Origin: Anthoceros angustus
Lineage: Eukaryota; Plantae; Anthocerotophyta
Direction: 5' to 3'
Assembly: GCA_010909165.1 (NCBI GenBank)
Contig: MU008184.1
Span: forward strand, 806,001 to 870,000
Length of the DNA: 64,000 bases
In this document: piece by piece, positions 23,183-34,824 of the stretch
Layout: every line of letters starts with the position of its first letter
Numbering within the stretch: position 1 is the stretch's first letter
Notes under the pieces: model-generated
What the model was told of the DNA's origin: nothing
The model's database searches: none
Seen by the model: only the letters and a program-made list of their open reading frames with translations
Position numbers and translations under genes: made by a program

Positions 23183-26100
23183 TCACGGAGTTGGCTGGCT
23201 GTAATTCAATGCAAGCTTGTCTTCATTCACAGACAAATAAAGATCAACCAAAGACGTTGCAGCATTGACTTCCACATGTGAAGAAGTGACTCGAAAATGT
23301 GGTGCACGATAATAATCTGGAGGTTGCCGGTGATGAGAGGGATATCGTCTAGGAGGGTCAGGCAGATCTGCAGGAGGATCTTCTTGTTCAGGCTGGTTGG
23401 CAATAGGATCATCATCCAGTGCCGCGTCATCATTGAAGGGGTCTGCAATATTTTCAGGAGGATGTTGGTCCTGTAATCCTTGCTGGTTTTGGTTTTCAGG
23501 CTCAAGTACGTTGTCAGGTTTTTCTGCTACGTCAATATCAACTACCTCAAAATGTGCTAGATCATCCCCACCTGCAGGAGCAACGTCCTCATGGTGAACA
23601 ACCTGAGTGCCATGATCAGTCTGATCAAAATGAGAGTCTTGCAACCCTGTTGTGTCATCATCATCAGCTAAGGAAGGATCCTGGACTGCTCCCACTGATG
23701 CCCAAGTGCGGTTGTCATCAAAGGTAACACTTCTGGCATATATGATTTTGTTCTTAGGGACATCATAAAGCTTGTAAGCTTTGATCTCTTCTGTGTAGCC
23801 TAACATAAGTAGTTTACGTGCCTTGTCTGATAGCTTTTTCCTCTTCTCTTTAGGTATAAAAGCATAAGCCACACAACCAACAGTGCTCAAGTGAAGGACT
23901 GATGGCTTGCGACCTGTGGAGGCTTCGTAAGGGATTAGGCCTACAACTGAAGTAGTGAGCAACTTGTTCTTGAGATATGTTGAAGTCATAATGGCTTCTG
24001 CCCAATATGGCAAAGGAAGCTGAGTGTGATGTAGCAAGGAAGATGTCATTTCCTGCAGTGTTAGATTAAGCTGCTCAGCCACTCCGTTCTGTTGGGGAGT
24101 CTAGACTATTGTGAGCTGTCGACCAATGCCTTTAGCCAAACAGTAAGCCTGAAATTCATTCGAGGTAAATTCTCCCCCATTGTTAGATCTCAAGGTCTTA
24201 AGTTGCTTTCCGGTCCACCTTTCAGCATACTTGAGGTAATCCTTAAAGTAGGAAAAGCACTCACTTTTCTGTTTCAATATGTAGGTGGTGACAAACCTGG
24301 TTTTATCATCTGTAAACGTCAGGAAGTATCTACCACCACCTGTGGACTCTTGTGAGAGTGGTCCACATAAGTCTGTATGGACGAGTTCTAGGACTTCAAA
24401 AGCCCTGTGAGGTGCCTTGTTCTTAAAAGCAGCTTGATGTCTCTTTGAAAGAATACACGACTCACACAGTGGAAGGGGGGCCAACGTTCCAATTGGTCCA
24501 TCCTGGTAAAGGTCACTAGTAGCCAATCTCTCAAGTTTTGCTGTGTGAGGGTGACCTAGTCTTGCATGCCATAACTTAGACTTTTCTACTTGTTGTGCTG
24601 ACGCAGTGGTGACGTCTCGAGTCAAGTGAGAAGCTGGAACACCACTGTGAATATGAAGACAAAAGAAATCATGGTCTGAAGACCCATAGACAAGTATTTT
24701 CCTATGATCAAATGCGTCCAGCAATTGACATTCTGTCCTAGTGAATAAAATGTGACAGTTGTTGTCAGCATTCAACTTTCTGACTGAAATCAAATTTCTA
24801 GTCATGTCTGTCACGTAATAGATATCGTGCAGTGTTAACACAATGCCGGATGGTACTAGTAGGTCTATCGTGCCACGACCAGGGGAAACTAGGGTTCTGT
24901 CATCACCTAGGTAAACGTACTAATCCTTGACTAGTTTGTACGTTTGAAATGAACTTCAGTCAAAATAAATATGGGCTGTAGCACCTGTGTCCAATACAAG
25001 TCTATGACAGGTCTAACCTCTAATTTTGCTGACAGGCAAGCAGGAAGCAAGAATGAACTTGCAAACACTCTTGTACCTACTGTAAGGGCAGAAGGGGTAG
25101 GTTGTTTCTTCGCAACCACAGGAGTCTCTGCACAAGATGAACCCTCCTTGCGAGGAACACCGGCTTGCTTCTTTCTACACTCACGCTCCCAGTGACCAGG
25201 TAACTTGCACCAGTTGTAGTTGCCTGTCCTTTCGGGTTTCTTCTGGCTGGCTCCTTATCCTTGTGAGCCACCACCCCTTAAGGAACTGCCCCCACCTCTG
25301 TTGTAGGGTCTTCCTCCTCCACGTCCTCTGTTGGATGTGTAGAGGGCTTGCTATTTACCAGAACGCCTGCTGGTACCCTTTGTTGCTTCCTGGAGCAATG
25401 CTCCCATTAACTCTGCAAAGGTGGTCTTTGGAAAAGTAACATTCGCAGCCTTTGCTAGTTTTGCAGCCTAGAGCTGTGAAGCATTATAGGAAGTCACAAA
25501 ATGTGACCATGATTCTGGGAGAGACAGTAGGAAATACAATGTAAGCATTTCATCCTTGACAATTTCATTGGATGCACTCTCCAGCCTGGAGAAGAGTGTT
25601 CTGAAGTGACCAAGGTGTTTCTCTACTGATTCTCCATCTTTCATCTTGCAATTTTGAAGATTTCGCAAGGCTGTCAACTGACTTGTTGTATTGCTGTCTG
25701 AATATAGGTCCTGAAGCTTGGATCCGATTTCTGCTCAGGTTTTGCATCCGGATGTCTGCCTCAACATATTTGAGGTCAGACCGCTCCGGATCAAGTACAT
25801 GGCTGCTTCATCTTTAGCCTCCCATGCTTCCTGTTGTTGTTTTTCAGCAGTTGTGGGAGTAGCGGGTGTTGCAGGGAACTGATCTTCCCCTGTAGCAAAT
25901 TTCCAAAGCTTTATATTCTGTAAAGCTCCCCGCATTCTGATTACCCATACATCGTTATCCTGCCCACCAAATCTGTCCTTTTCCTTAAACCCTTCCCCAC
26001 CAGTGCTGGATGAAGGATCAGCCATTTTTCTCTTTTGTGTTCTAGGTTAGCTACTCCCTACTAAGATGCTAAAATGACTGATGTGTGCAGATGAGTTCTT

Positions 26101-27454
26101 CTAGGACATCAGGCACATACTGCTATTGCAGCAGAGTCAGAGAACATTAGTGATTAAAGATTTTATTCGCCATAGTGCATCGGCTACACGTTGTGTTTAC
26201 TTGCAATTTTCTGATTCCTAATCTCCCACCTGTTAAATGCGTATGTAGAGCAGGAGGGACACGAGTTTGGACTGTCAAATCTATAAAACTTATTTGTCTT
26301 CTTGGCGTGCTTACATGCCACTCTCCTAATAGCAGGGCTAGCAAGCACGGGTGGCTTCAACAACATAAGCAGTTTGAAGTCCAGGTGTCCTATCTGCTCT
26401 TGCAAATCAAGTAAGTCTACACTAGCAGCTGCTAATTTTTGGGCAATACTGCAGAAGCGTCGATCTACATGTTGCTGTTGTGCATCAATTCTATTTGCTA
26501 ATTGAGCTACGCTTATTGGTGGTGCTACATGTGTTGTTAGGAAACCTCTAGGGTTAGTTACCATTTCCATCAAAGGCTCTTTGAACACGCACCTCTGGGA
26601 GATTGTTTGGATTTTGTGGTGGAGGGGTAAATATCAAGTGGCGCTGATCTGGATAGAGGGTTTCTATCAAGGTGTTGAAAGATTCCCTTACTTCAAGAGC
26701 GAGTACAGGCTGGTTCTGAGTTTGGGCTGTCCATTCTCTTGTATGTTGATGGAGCTGCTCCATTGTGTGCCATCTTTTGTGGTCCTTGCCTCTCTGGCGA
26801 TCCGATTTTGTTGGATTACATTTCGGTAATTGCTACTAGTGCCCGTTCAGGAGGTTGGCCATTCATTGGGCCAGATTTTTGTGTTGTTAGAAGGTTTCTT
26901 TAAACATTCTCTTTCTCCATAGCTATGTTTCTACTAGTCTGCCTGCAGATTAGGCAGTTGTCCTAGTGCATTTCATCTGAATTTGCTGGGATAGCAAATC
27001 AGAAGAGATGCGCTAGGATTACTACCTTAATTTGCTAGGAACTATATGAATATTTATAGAAATAAAGCAACACAAATTCTGTTCTTTAAGTTTCTGGTTT
27101 CTTGATCAAGAAAGCATTTTTCTAAATCAAAACCAACTATATACATATGCATCTTTTTCAATGCATATTACAATGTGCTTTCACTAGAATGCAATTTGCG
27201 TCTTATCTCTGATACCATAACGAATTTAAGATAGATACAGATCAATTAAACAATCATTAATTACATTGTATATCAAGAACATACATGCTACAACTTAAAC
27301 ATGAAGAAACAACTAAAGTCTACTTATGAATAGACACGACTTATCCAAGCGACGTAACCCTAATGAAAAGACATACACTATGGACTTAATTTAACTTAAC
27401 TACACCTAACTACTGAACCCTAATCATGAGTCCAACACATCTATTCCTTTAATA
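23183..27454 (-). mobile_element. Ty1/Copia LTR retrotransposon, decayed and truncated before RT
   Basis: Probable 5' LTR ~27218-27454; PBS; UBN2-type gag from 26025; zinc knuckle (WCKLPGHWERECRKK); protease LDTGATAH; pre-integrase LWHARLGH..CESC; integrase LELVHTDLCGP..LRSNNGGEF; SH3-like YAFIPKEKRKKL. No RT/RNase H or 3' LTR. Confidence 0.92.
27207..27217 (-). promoter_or_regulatory. tRNA-iMet primer-binding site of the Copia element
   Basis: Minus strand reads TGGTATCAGAG directly after the putative LTR. Confidence 0.85.
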
Positions 27455-29178
27455 GTCCTCACTAGGATAAGGAGTGTGGAGGTGTTGCGAACGGCGAGCT
27501 TGACGATGGAGATTGGAACGCCGGCAGTTACTATGGTTTTTGAGCCTGCACTGTTTGGGAGCGTGTTCGACATTGTAGTTGTGGAGAAAGAAGCAGCATT
27601 TGGGGCGCATCAGAATTCTTTTGAGAAGGAAAGGAGAATTGGCGGCAATCTCCGGCAGCTGATAGAGAGGGAGCTAGATTACGTCGCGGCTTCAGAATGG
27701 GGATTCAAGACTTTCGTGCGGACAGTTGGGTCGGAGTGGGAGCCCTTTCACATGTGCATCTGGATACGCTGGTGGCGGGTATGCGCTGGTGGCGAGAAGG
27801 TCACATGCATTTTTTTTTCCTCCGCGTAGTCTCAGGCATCCGCTGAAGATTGAGGTAAGGCAAGCTGTTTTTATGTTTCCTGGGATTGCAACGCGGGTGG
27901 AGTCCGAGGATTGTGAGGGGGCTGCGATGGAGGACAGGAGAGAGGAGGCACCAGTTGGTGGCGGTGGGTGGACGGCCTGTCGTTTTTTTGGGTTGGTAGG
28001 AGGGGCCTGCCATGCGCGGTCACGAATGGGTGGGCGACGGTAGTGGGGACAGCACGTGCGGGGTCGGGGGTGCACTCCGGCTTCACTGCTGGAGCTGGGC
28101 GCTAAGGGGGTTCACTAGTTTTGGACTGGTTTGATGTTGGATTTGATTGTTCAAAATTGTTTTGGTCAATGAAAGAAACTCGGATTCATACTAAATTTTG
28201 CGAGCTTGTTATTATGAATGTAGGGAAAGTGGTAGTGTAGTTTTCTCAACGAGCAAGTATGTACACATTGGTAGGCAAAGAAACATGCTCACCTCACGCT
28301 GGTGCCCAAGGTGGATCAAAATGGCTATGGAAAGTTGTGCATGTTCACTGAGGGGGTGGTGCTTTTTTTTGAACATATGGTTGGAAAGAGGAGGTCATCA
28401 CGGTAATTGTGGTGTTGAGAACATTGCGGTCAGATTTTCCTGTAATTAGTAATTCATAATAACAGCAAAAACGCCAAAAATGGGGCAAAAATGCAGCGGC
28501 CCTCTGGGGTTAAGATACATAGCAACCTTGGTTTTCACACTAACTAAGAACGGGCGGAATCATTGGGCATTCAGGTTTGGCGGCCGACAGACTAGTATCA
28601 CGGCTGCGATACATCGCGGGAATATGATCCCCTTTCCATTAGGGCCTTGCTTTGCTTGTCTCAAGTTTTTGACAATGTCAAACCTTAACTTCCCTGCCAA
28701 ATGCATAACGTTTCTGTCTGTCTAGCTGTACAACAATTTTGAGGCATACATATTACCATCACACGCCTGCACGGCTGCGCAAGGTAAGCTGTTGGGATGA
28801 TGCCATCATCAAGCATGCCATGATGTCGATCGAGATAATTCACGACCATGATGGACACTGAAACGGGTTGGGTTTAGCACCAAGTCATCTCATGCACTCG
28901 AATGATCGCATGCGCAGGTGCTATGATCAGTGTGGTAATTGAAGCACAGACTCGTCAGTAATATAGCCCACATCGACACGAGAGCTGCATGCATATGAGA
29001 CCTTGTGGCAAACAGATTGAAATTGCAGCACACTTGTAAAGCGAGAATGTTTAACACTGAGTACGTGGCGAGAATTCAGAGTACAAGTGCAAATCCTTCA
29101 CAATTGCTAGCTACCCAGGTGCGGATTCAGGAGTTCACGGCCATGCTGAATCCGAAACATACATGTAGTACGAGATGA

Positions 29179-29508
29179 TCAAGGAATCACGGTAGCTGCG
29201 GGGTCGTCAACAGGGTCTGCTTTCTCCAAGGCATCGGTGAACTCGTCGCCAATGTAGCAGTAATCCTCACATCCGGGAATGTCGCATGAGTTGCAGTTAT
29301 TGTTGCTGTGATGCATCAGGTAATCGCTCACCCGCGCGCAGCAAGCCTCAAGGTCTGGATCAAGGAGGGATGCGTTCATGCATCGCGCGAGCCGCGTCAC
29401 AGCATCACCGGTGAATTCGTCACAGGGCACGTCCGACTGGCTTGCTGCCCAATTGACCAAGACCAACATGAGGACCAGCGAAAGGATCACTCCGCCCGCC
29501 CGCCCCAT
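29179..29508 (-). CDS. Small secreted 8-cysteine protein (copy C) with acidic tail
   Basis: Signal peptide MGRAGGVILSLVLMLVLVNWAAS; C-x13-C-x12-CC-x14-C-x2-C-x4-C-x3-C. Confidence 0.8.
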   Translation of the reverse strand: MGRAGGVILSLVLMLVLVNWAASQSDVPCDEFTGDAVTRLARCMNASLLDPDLEACCARVSDYLMHHSNNNCNSCDIPGCEDYCYIGDEFTDALEKADPVDDPAATVIP

Positions 29509-30044
29509 CCCAGATGCCGTCTCCGTCTTCTCTCAGTTTCTACGTGAGAACTGAAAATCGGAGGCGCTTTGCTGATAGCTGATTGCAGTTTGAGATGAAG
29601 CAGCTAGCTGAGGATTTATGGTGATCCTCCTCTTTGCGTACCCCTGCTCCTCCCTTCATCTTTGCGTACTGCTGCTCCTCTTTGCGTGCTGCACCGACTT
29701 TGTTAGAAACGCTTGTGTCGAGTGTTACCTACAGATTACACCTAACCAGCTTGGAATGAGCGTCACGCAGAGAGGATATATCTATCTATGTCCGGAGCTA
29801 CCAGCTTGAAAAACATTGCGACGAACGTAATCACACCGTACATCAATGTGTATCCGAGATATGGTTCTAAGCATCTTAAAAAGCCTTCACAAAGAGTTAG
29901 CACATGTATGGCATGTTCAAGCGTGATATACATGGACCTAGGACCCAATCTGCAGCGTCACCCACAGGCTGTATCCGACTTCCAGGGATAGTTAATTCAG
30001 TCGGATGCAACAGGTTAGACTACTAGGCTGCTTTTGGCTGCGAC

Positions 30045-32110
30045 TTACAATTCAAATCCAGGAAATCTAGCATTTTCAATTTGAGACATATCAAGGTATA
30101 AGCAAGCTGTTCCAGCAAGACCTTCAAACAACGACTCGGAATGATCTCCCCCGTGCATGGCACCGGATGCCATGTACTGATGTGCATGGTCATGTATGAA
30201 GCCTGCAAATGCCCTGGCCCGATGCTTGTGTCGCTCCTCCTCTGTTACCCGATACAGAGCTAGAAACACATAGGTGTTGCCAGACACACCATGGCACAGC
30301 CCAATCCGCCGCAGAAGGCCCCTGTTCCACACCACATCACCAGCATCGACGGCGGCTTGTAGGAAGTCCTCATCCTTGGGGAAAACCTGACCATGAGCAC
30401 CACTCCATATCAGTACAACCTTCTGGACAAACAGGACACACTTGAAGTTGAACAGAGTTAGAAGGCGGTCACCTCTGCTGCCTTGCATAGAGTCAATCCG
30501 ATTCCGGGGGCACCATGACACCAATGCACCAGTCTATCCCTGTTATTCCCCTCACTAGATGGATAGTTGCCACTGGGAAAGAAGCGGTTGTTAATCATAT
30601 ATCGCAGCGTCGCTTTCACATCCTCTGCATCCTCTGGCGCCAGCGGGAAGTAGAGTAGGACATTGATAATCCCAGCCAGACCATGAGCTGCTCCCCAGTA
30701 CCGAGTGCCATGCCACTGAAACATGAGGGGGCAACGTTTGTGATTCTGTGAAGCACCAGCTCGCCCTGCTTGTAGTATAGCATCCACTATGGGTCCCTGT
30801 CAAACCGTCGAGTCAAAATAGCTGGCTTGGGAACAGAGATTCCATGGAAGCCATGACATTCGCAATAACGAGGTTTCAAATGAAACGAGGGCAGGGAAAC
30901 TGACCGTCACGCTCCAGGGTATCGTATCTTCCCCTACATATTTGTTGATGAAAAGGCATGCGTAAAGAAAGCCTGCTCGGCCGTAGAGAAGCTCATAAGG
31001 GAGCCCAAGACCTCCTTCTGAAGGGCCTGCTGCCATCGCTCGTTGATTGGCAACCTGTCAGACCGAGAGGTGATCTTTGCCTTACCCTTGGAGCAGAATA
31101 TTGGAACTTCGTAAAGAAATCTACACTGTGGAAGTTTGCTGCAGAACATCAGGGTCTCGCAAGAGAACAGCTGGAGCAAGCGAGCTAACCTCATTAAACA
31201 GGTCCAAGTAAAATCGCATCCTTTCCTTGTCATTTCTGCAAGCTGCTGCCGCTGCTCCAAGAGCATAGATTCCTGGTTGACCACAGAGGAATGTAACATG
31301 CCTGCATACCCCAAGTAGCCAAACCTTGATCCTTCCACGCTGACAGACAGACATTCGAACCGACAGACAAAAATCCACTATCAGAGACTTTGTGCCAAAA
31401 TTAGAAAACTCACTGCTTCATAGTCTTCGCAGAAGCAGCACAGCAGTCCACAATTTCTGTGCACAAGGCAAGATCCGGCTCATTCCCAGTCATCCTGTAC
31501 GCTTTCCAGCACAGGTAGGCAGTCCCGAGAACACCAGTATACATGGTAGGATCACCCACACGACCGATGGCACGTGACCATGTAGCTTGCTTAATCTGGA
31601 AAAAAACACAGTCTGCACTTAATGTTACGTTGTCCTAGAAACAACCCCCCATGTTCCAAATTTGGAAAACAAACTCTGGCAGAGACAAGGAGAAGAAGAC
31701 ACCAATGCAGGGGCCCAAGATTGATAATCCGAAAGAAACCCTAAATAGACACTTGTGCACAATCTTCATGGACTCACATGCCAACATCTTCCTAGAGCCT
31801 GATTTCAAGCATTGACGGGTTGCAAGGCTGCCCTACTCGACTCCTGACCCGCAGTGGGACATGTGGGCAATGGCAGATTGCAAACCTTCTCCTTGAGCGC
31901 GAGCCCGGCCTTGAGGAACATGTCAGCAGTGGGCGCGATCCCATCCCGAAACGCAGTCTGGTTCATGATGGGCGGGCACACAATGGGCTCCACTGTCCGC
32001 AGCATCATCAAGTCCTCCTGTTCCTCCTTGGACAGGCCCACCACCGCATCCCGCTGCGCGAGATTGGGGTCATAATCTTGCAAGTCGTTGAAGAAGTAGC
32101 GTTCCGACAT
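30045..32110 (-). CDS. LanC-like protein (LANCL / GCR2-GCL family), multi-exon
   Basis: Exons give MSERYFFND.., DPTMYTGVLGTAYL, VTFLCGQPGIYALG, LPYELLYGRAGFLYA, YWGAAHGLAGI, LVHWCHGAPG, GLCHGVSGN and SLFEGLAG..ARFPGFEL*. Confidence 0.93.
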
Positions 32111-34824
32111 TGCGGCCAGGCTGAAAATGGGCGCCAAGCGCAGCAGCCGCAGCGTACAAGCTCGATCGCGCCGGGTAGGCCACAGGCTTGCAGCGACAGG
32201 CTTTAAGATATCCACATCGGGACCCGCAACACTACTGCACTGCCGAACAGTGTCCCACAATGCTGCCGATTATCGGGCCTGGCCAAGACAGCACCACCTT
32301 CTCACCACTGCCCTTGCCCCCCATTCCCGAGGGCAGAAACTGCGAACAGCCTTCCTTAATTCCGATGCCGCAGCCTAATCCCAACTTGCAACCAAAAGCA
32401 TTCGGGTCACTCCATCATTGCGTAATTGCAACTGCAATCGCAATTTGCGGCTGTGCTGCGGGCGGTGAACGGTGCGGCGCACGCAACACCAGTTGCAACT
32501 CAGCAGCGACTCCAGGAACGCCCCAGCAACAGGAGCAGCATATCCGTGCGGCAGCGGCAAGTACTGCGTGAAGGTAAAGAGGATAAACCTCCGATCCCGA
32601 TCCCCGTGTCCAGGCAACCGCAGACAATCTGATGATGAGGCAGACTGGTGGGATGGTGCTTCATGGTGTCGGAGCGTGGGGCCGCTTGACGCATCTTGTC
32701 AGCTTTCATCGACATGCATGACGGCCGTCGCCACCGACTGGTGACTTGGCTGCTTCCACCCGCAGACAGCTGGCTGCTGTCGCCTACTCTCGTTCATGTA
32801 ATTAACTATTATTTACGGTAGCTACGTACAGTACACTTTTGGGGAGGATTTAAAGGAAACACGCTTGACTATTATTTATGGGAGGTATATTGTAGGGAAG
32901 GATTGAAAAGGAAACACGTTGGCGTCAGCCTGCTGGTTGATTTCATAGGAAGTAATATTTTATGAATAAGAAAAGCTAAGACTTATGGTACCCACCATCG
33001 AGCCGTCCAGCCTTAACTCCTATTTTGTTTTTTGAACAACCAAGAGCTATACAAAAATAGTTATTTTCTCTAGTTTATAACCCTGGTAGATATAGACACT
33101 GTCCCAGTAATTACCATATATTATTTAATAATATATATTTTTAAACTAAAATTATTATAAATATCAAATATCTTGATTATTAATAATCCAATGTTGGGTT
33201 GCTGAAGAAACATATCCATCTTGGTTGGGTTGGAGGATCATTAGATGAGAAGAGTAATATATTCATCTTATTTTTATTCGCCTTCTAATCAAATATAGTT
33301 ACGCATTTTGGGCATTTATGATACGTCATTGTTAGACAAAAAGAGTACTTCAAACTTATTTTTGGACTAGGTAGTATCGGACTTATTTTTCTTGCCTTGT
33401 CAAGAAGGGTTGTTATAGCGCCTCATTGCGAGCATTTTTGTTTGTGCCGATACCACTTAGATAACATCCTTCAAGCTTTTGCAAGTACAAGTTTCTTGGA
33501 GAATGAAAAATATTTAAATGAACTCCTTCAAGCTTTTACAAATATATTTTTCTTAAATAATTAAAATATTTAAATCATTATTATTATGTCCAGATTATTA
33601 TGCCCAGGTATTATGTAATTCATCTTAGATTGGTACTTCTAGTAGAAGTAATTATGTTCCTTAAAATATCGAATGAGTACATCTATCCATGTGACAGTAA
33701 TAGCGTGCACTAATCTCTTTCTTTTGTCACTTCATTCTTCATGGGGAGGTCACAGTGAGCAGTTCTCTCTTTCTTATGTCACTTCATTCCTTCGACTACT
33801 ACGTGTGTTCATTATCCTCCTACGAGCAAGCGATATTGATGTGACAAATACCAACTATTGGGCAAACTAATTCTGAAAACTGTAATCTAGTGACATATGA
33901 TCCATTGCACTCTACTGTGTATCTTGTATGTTGCCATTGCATATCTATAAGGCTATTTTTGTGTTCTTGTCATATTCTATCATGGTATGGTATCAGACCT
34001 GGAGATACATTTTATTGATCAAATGTACGTTACAATCAGCTTGGTAATTGGAACAGAGACGTGTTGGTAATAAAGTCCACCTCGACATTGAGAAGAACAC
34101 CCAAAAGCTTTTCAAGAACACAAAAATCATTGACAAACAACATACATACCTCCTTTACTATCGACAAGATTTTATTGAGGTGAAAAAACGATGGGAAAAG
34201 CCCATCTAGGAGGGGACAACCAAAGGGGACTACTAAAGATCCTTAGGTATAACCTATATAAAAACACTTTTGGCTATTTTAATAGTCCTATCGTGATGTA
34301 TCCTGTATATTGTTGATAACTATAAAAATATATAGAGCTATGAAATCCACTTAAGATATTGATTATTAAAATAATATATATGTATATATATCCCGTTCCC
34401 CACCGGTACCAGGGAGGGAAAAACCCGTTTGAATGTGGATACCTTCCCGTGTTTGAATTTGCAAAATTATATATATTACGACGTATATCGTTCCCCTGGC
34501 ATGTCGCTCCTGTGTGCCGAGCCGACCGGGGTATATTTGGTATGTTAAAAGCATTCCACACTAGGGTTGCTGCTATTCCGGTAACTCGTCTGTAGTGGAA
34601 TATGTGTCATTGGCTGACGGAGGCGTGCGTTTCTGAGCAGCGTGCTTGCCAAGTCAGGAGGCCCGGTCGGGAGGCCCGGGTCGGACGGTCAAGTTGCAGC
34701 TGGAGGGAAGACCTCGAGGCGGGTCTGCAGCTGATGATTGAGAGGAGAGGAGAGGGGAAGAAAAATTAAGAGGAGAGCTGGATTGCGCAGCATTGCGCTC
34801 AGGCATCAGGGAGAGGAAGTCATT

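Larger units (their letters stand above)
20728..28513. mobile_element. Putative TTAA-specific (piggyBac-like) element enclosing nested insertions
   Basis: TTAA|CCCCGGAAGGCCGGAGC at 20728-20748 and GCAGCGGCCCTCTGGGG|TTAA at 28493-28513 form a 13/17 inverted match with CCC termini. No transposase recognised. Confidence 0.4.

Noticed and set aside
27476-28086. Possible MULE/FAR1 or transposase remnant
   Set aside because: Only scattered residues in different frames; not supportable.
32472-32744. PCGSGKY resembling a SEC-C motif
   Set aside because: Lacks the first and terminal Cys/His ligands, and no gene structure supports it.
33988-33997. TGGTATCAGA PBS-like word in the AT-rich 32.8-34.5 kb tract
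   Set aside because: No recognisable LTR or gag next to it. The tract may be an old transposon but cannot be classified.
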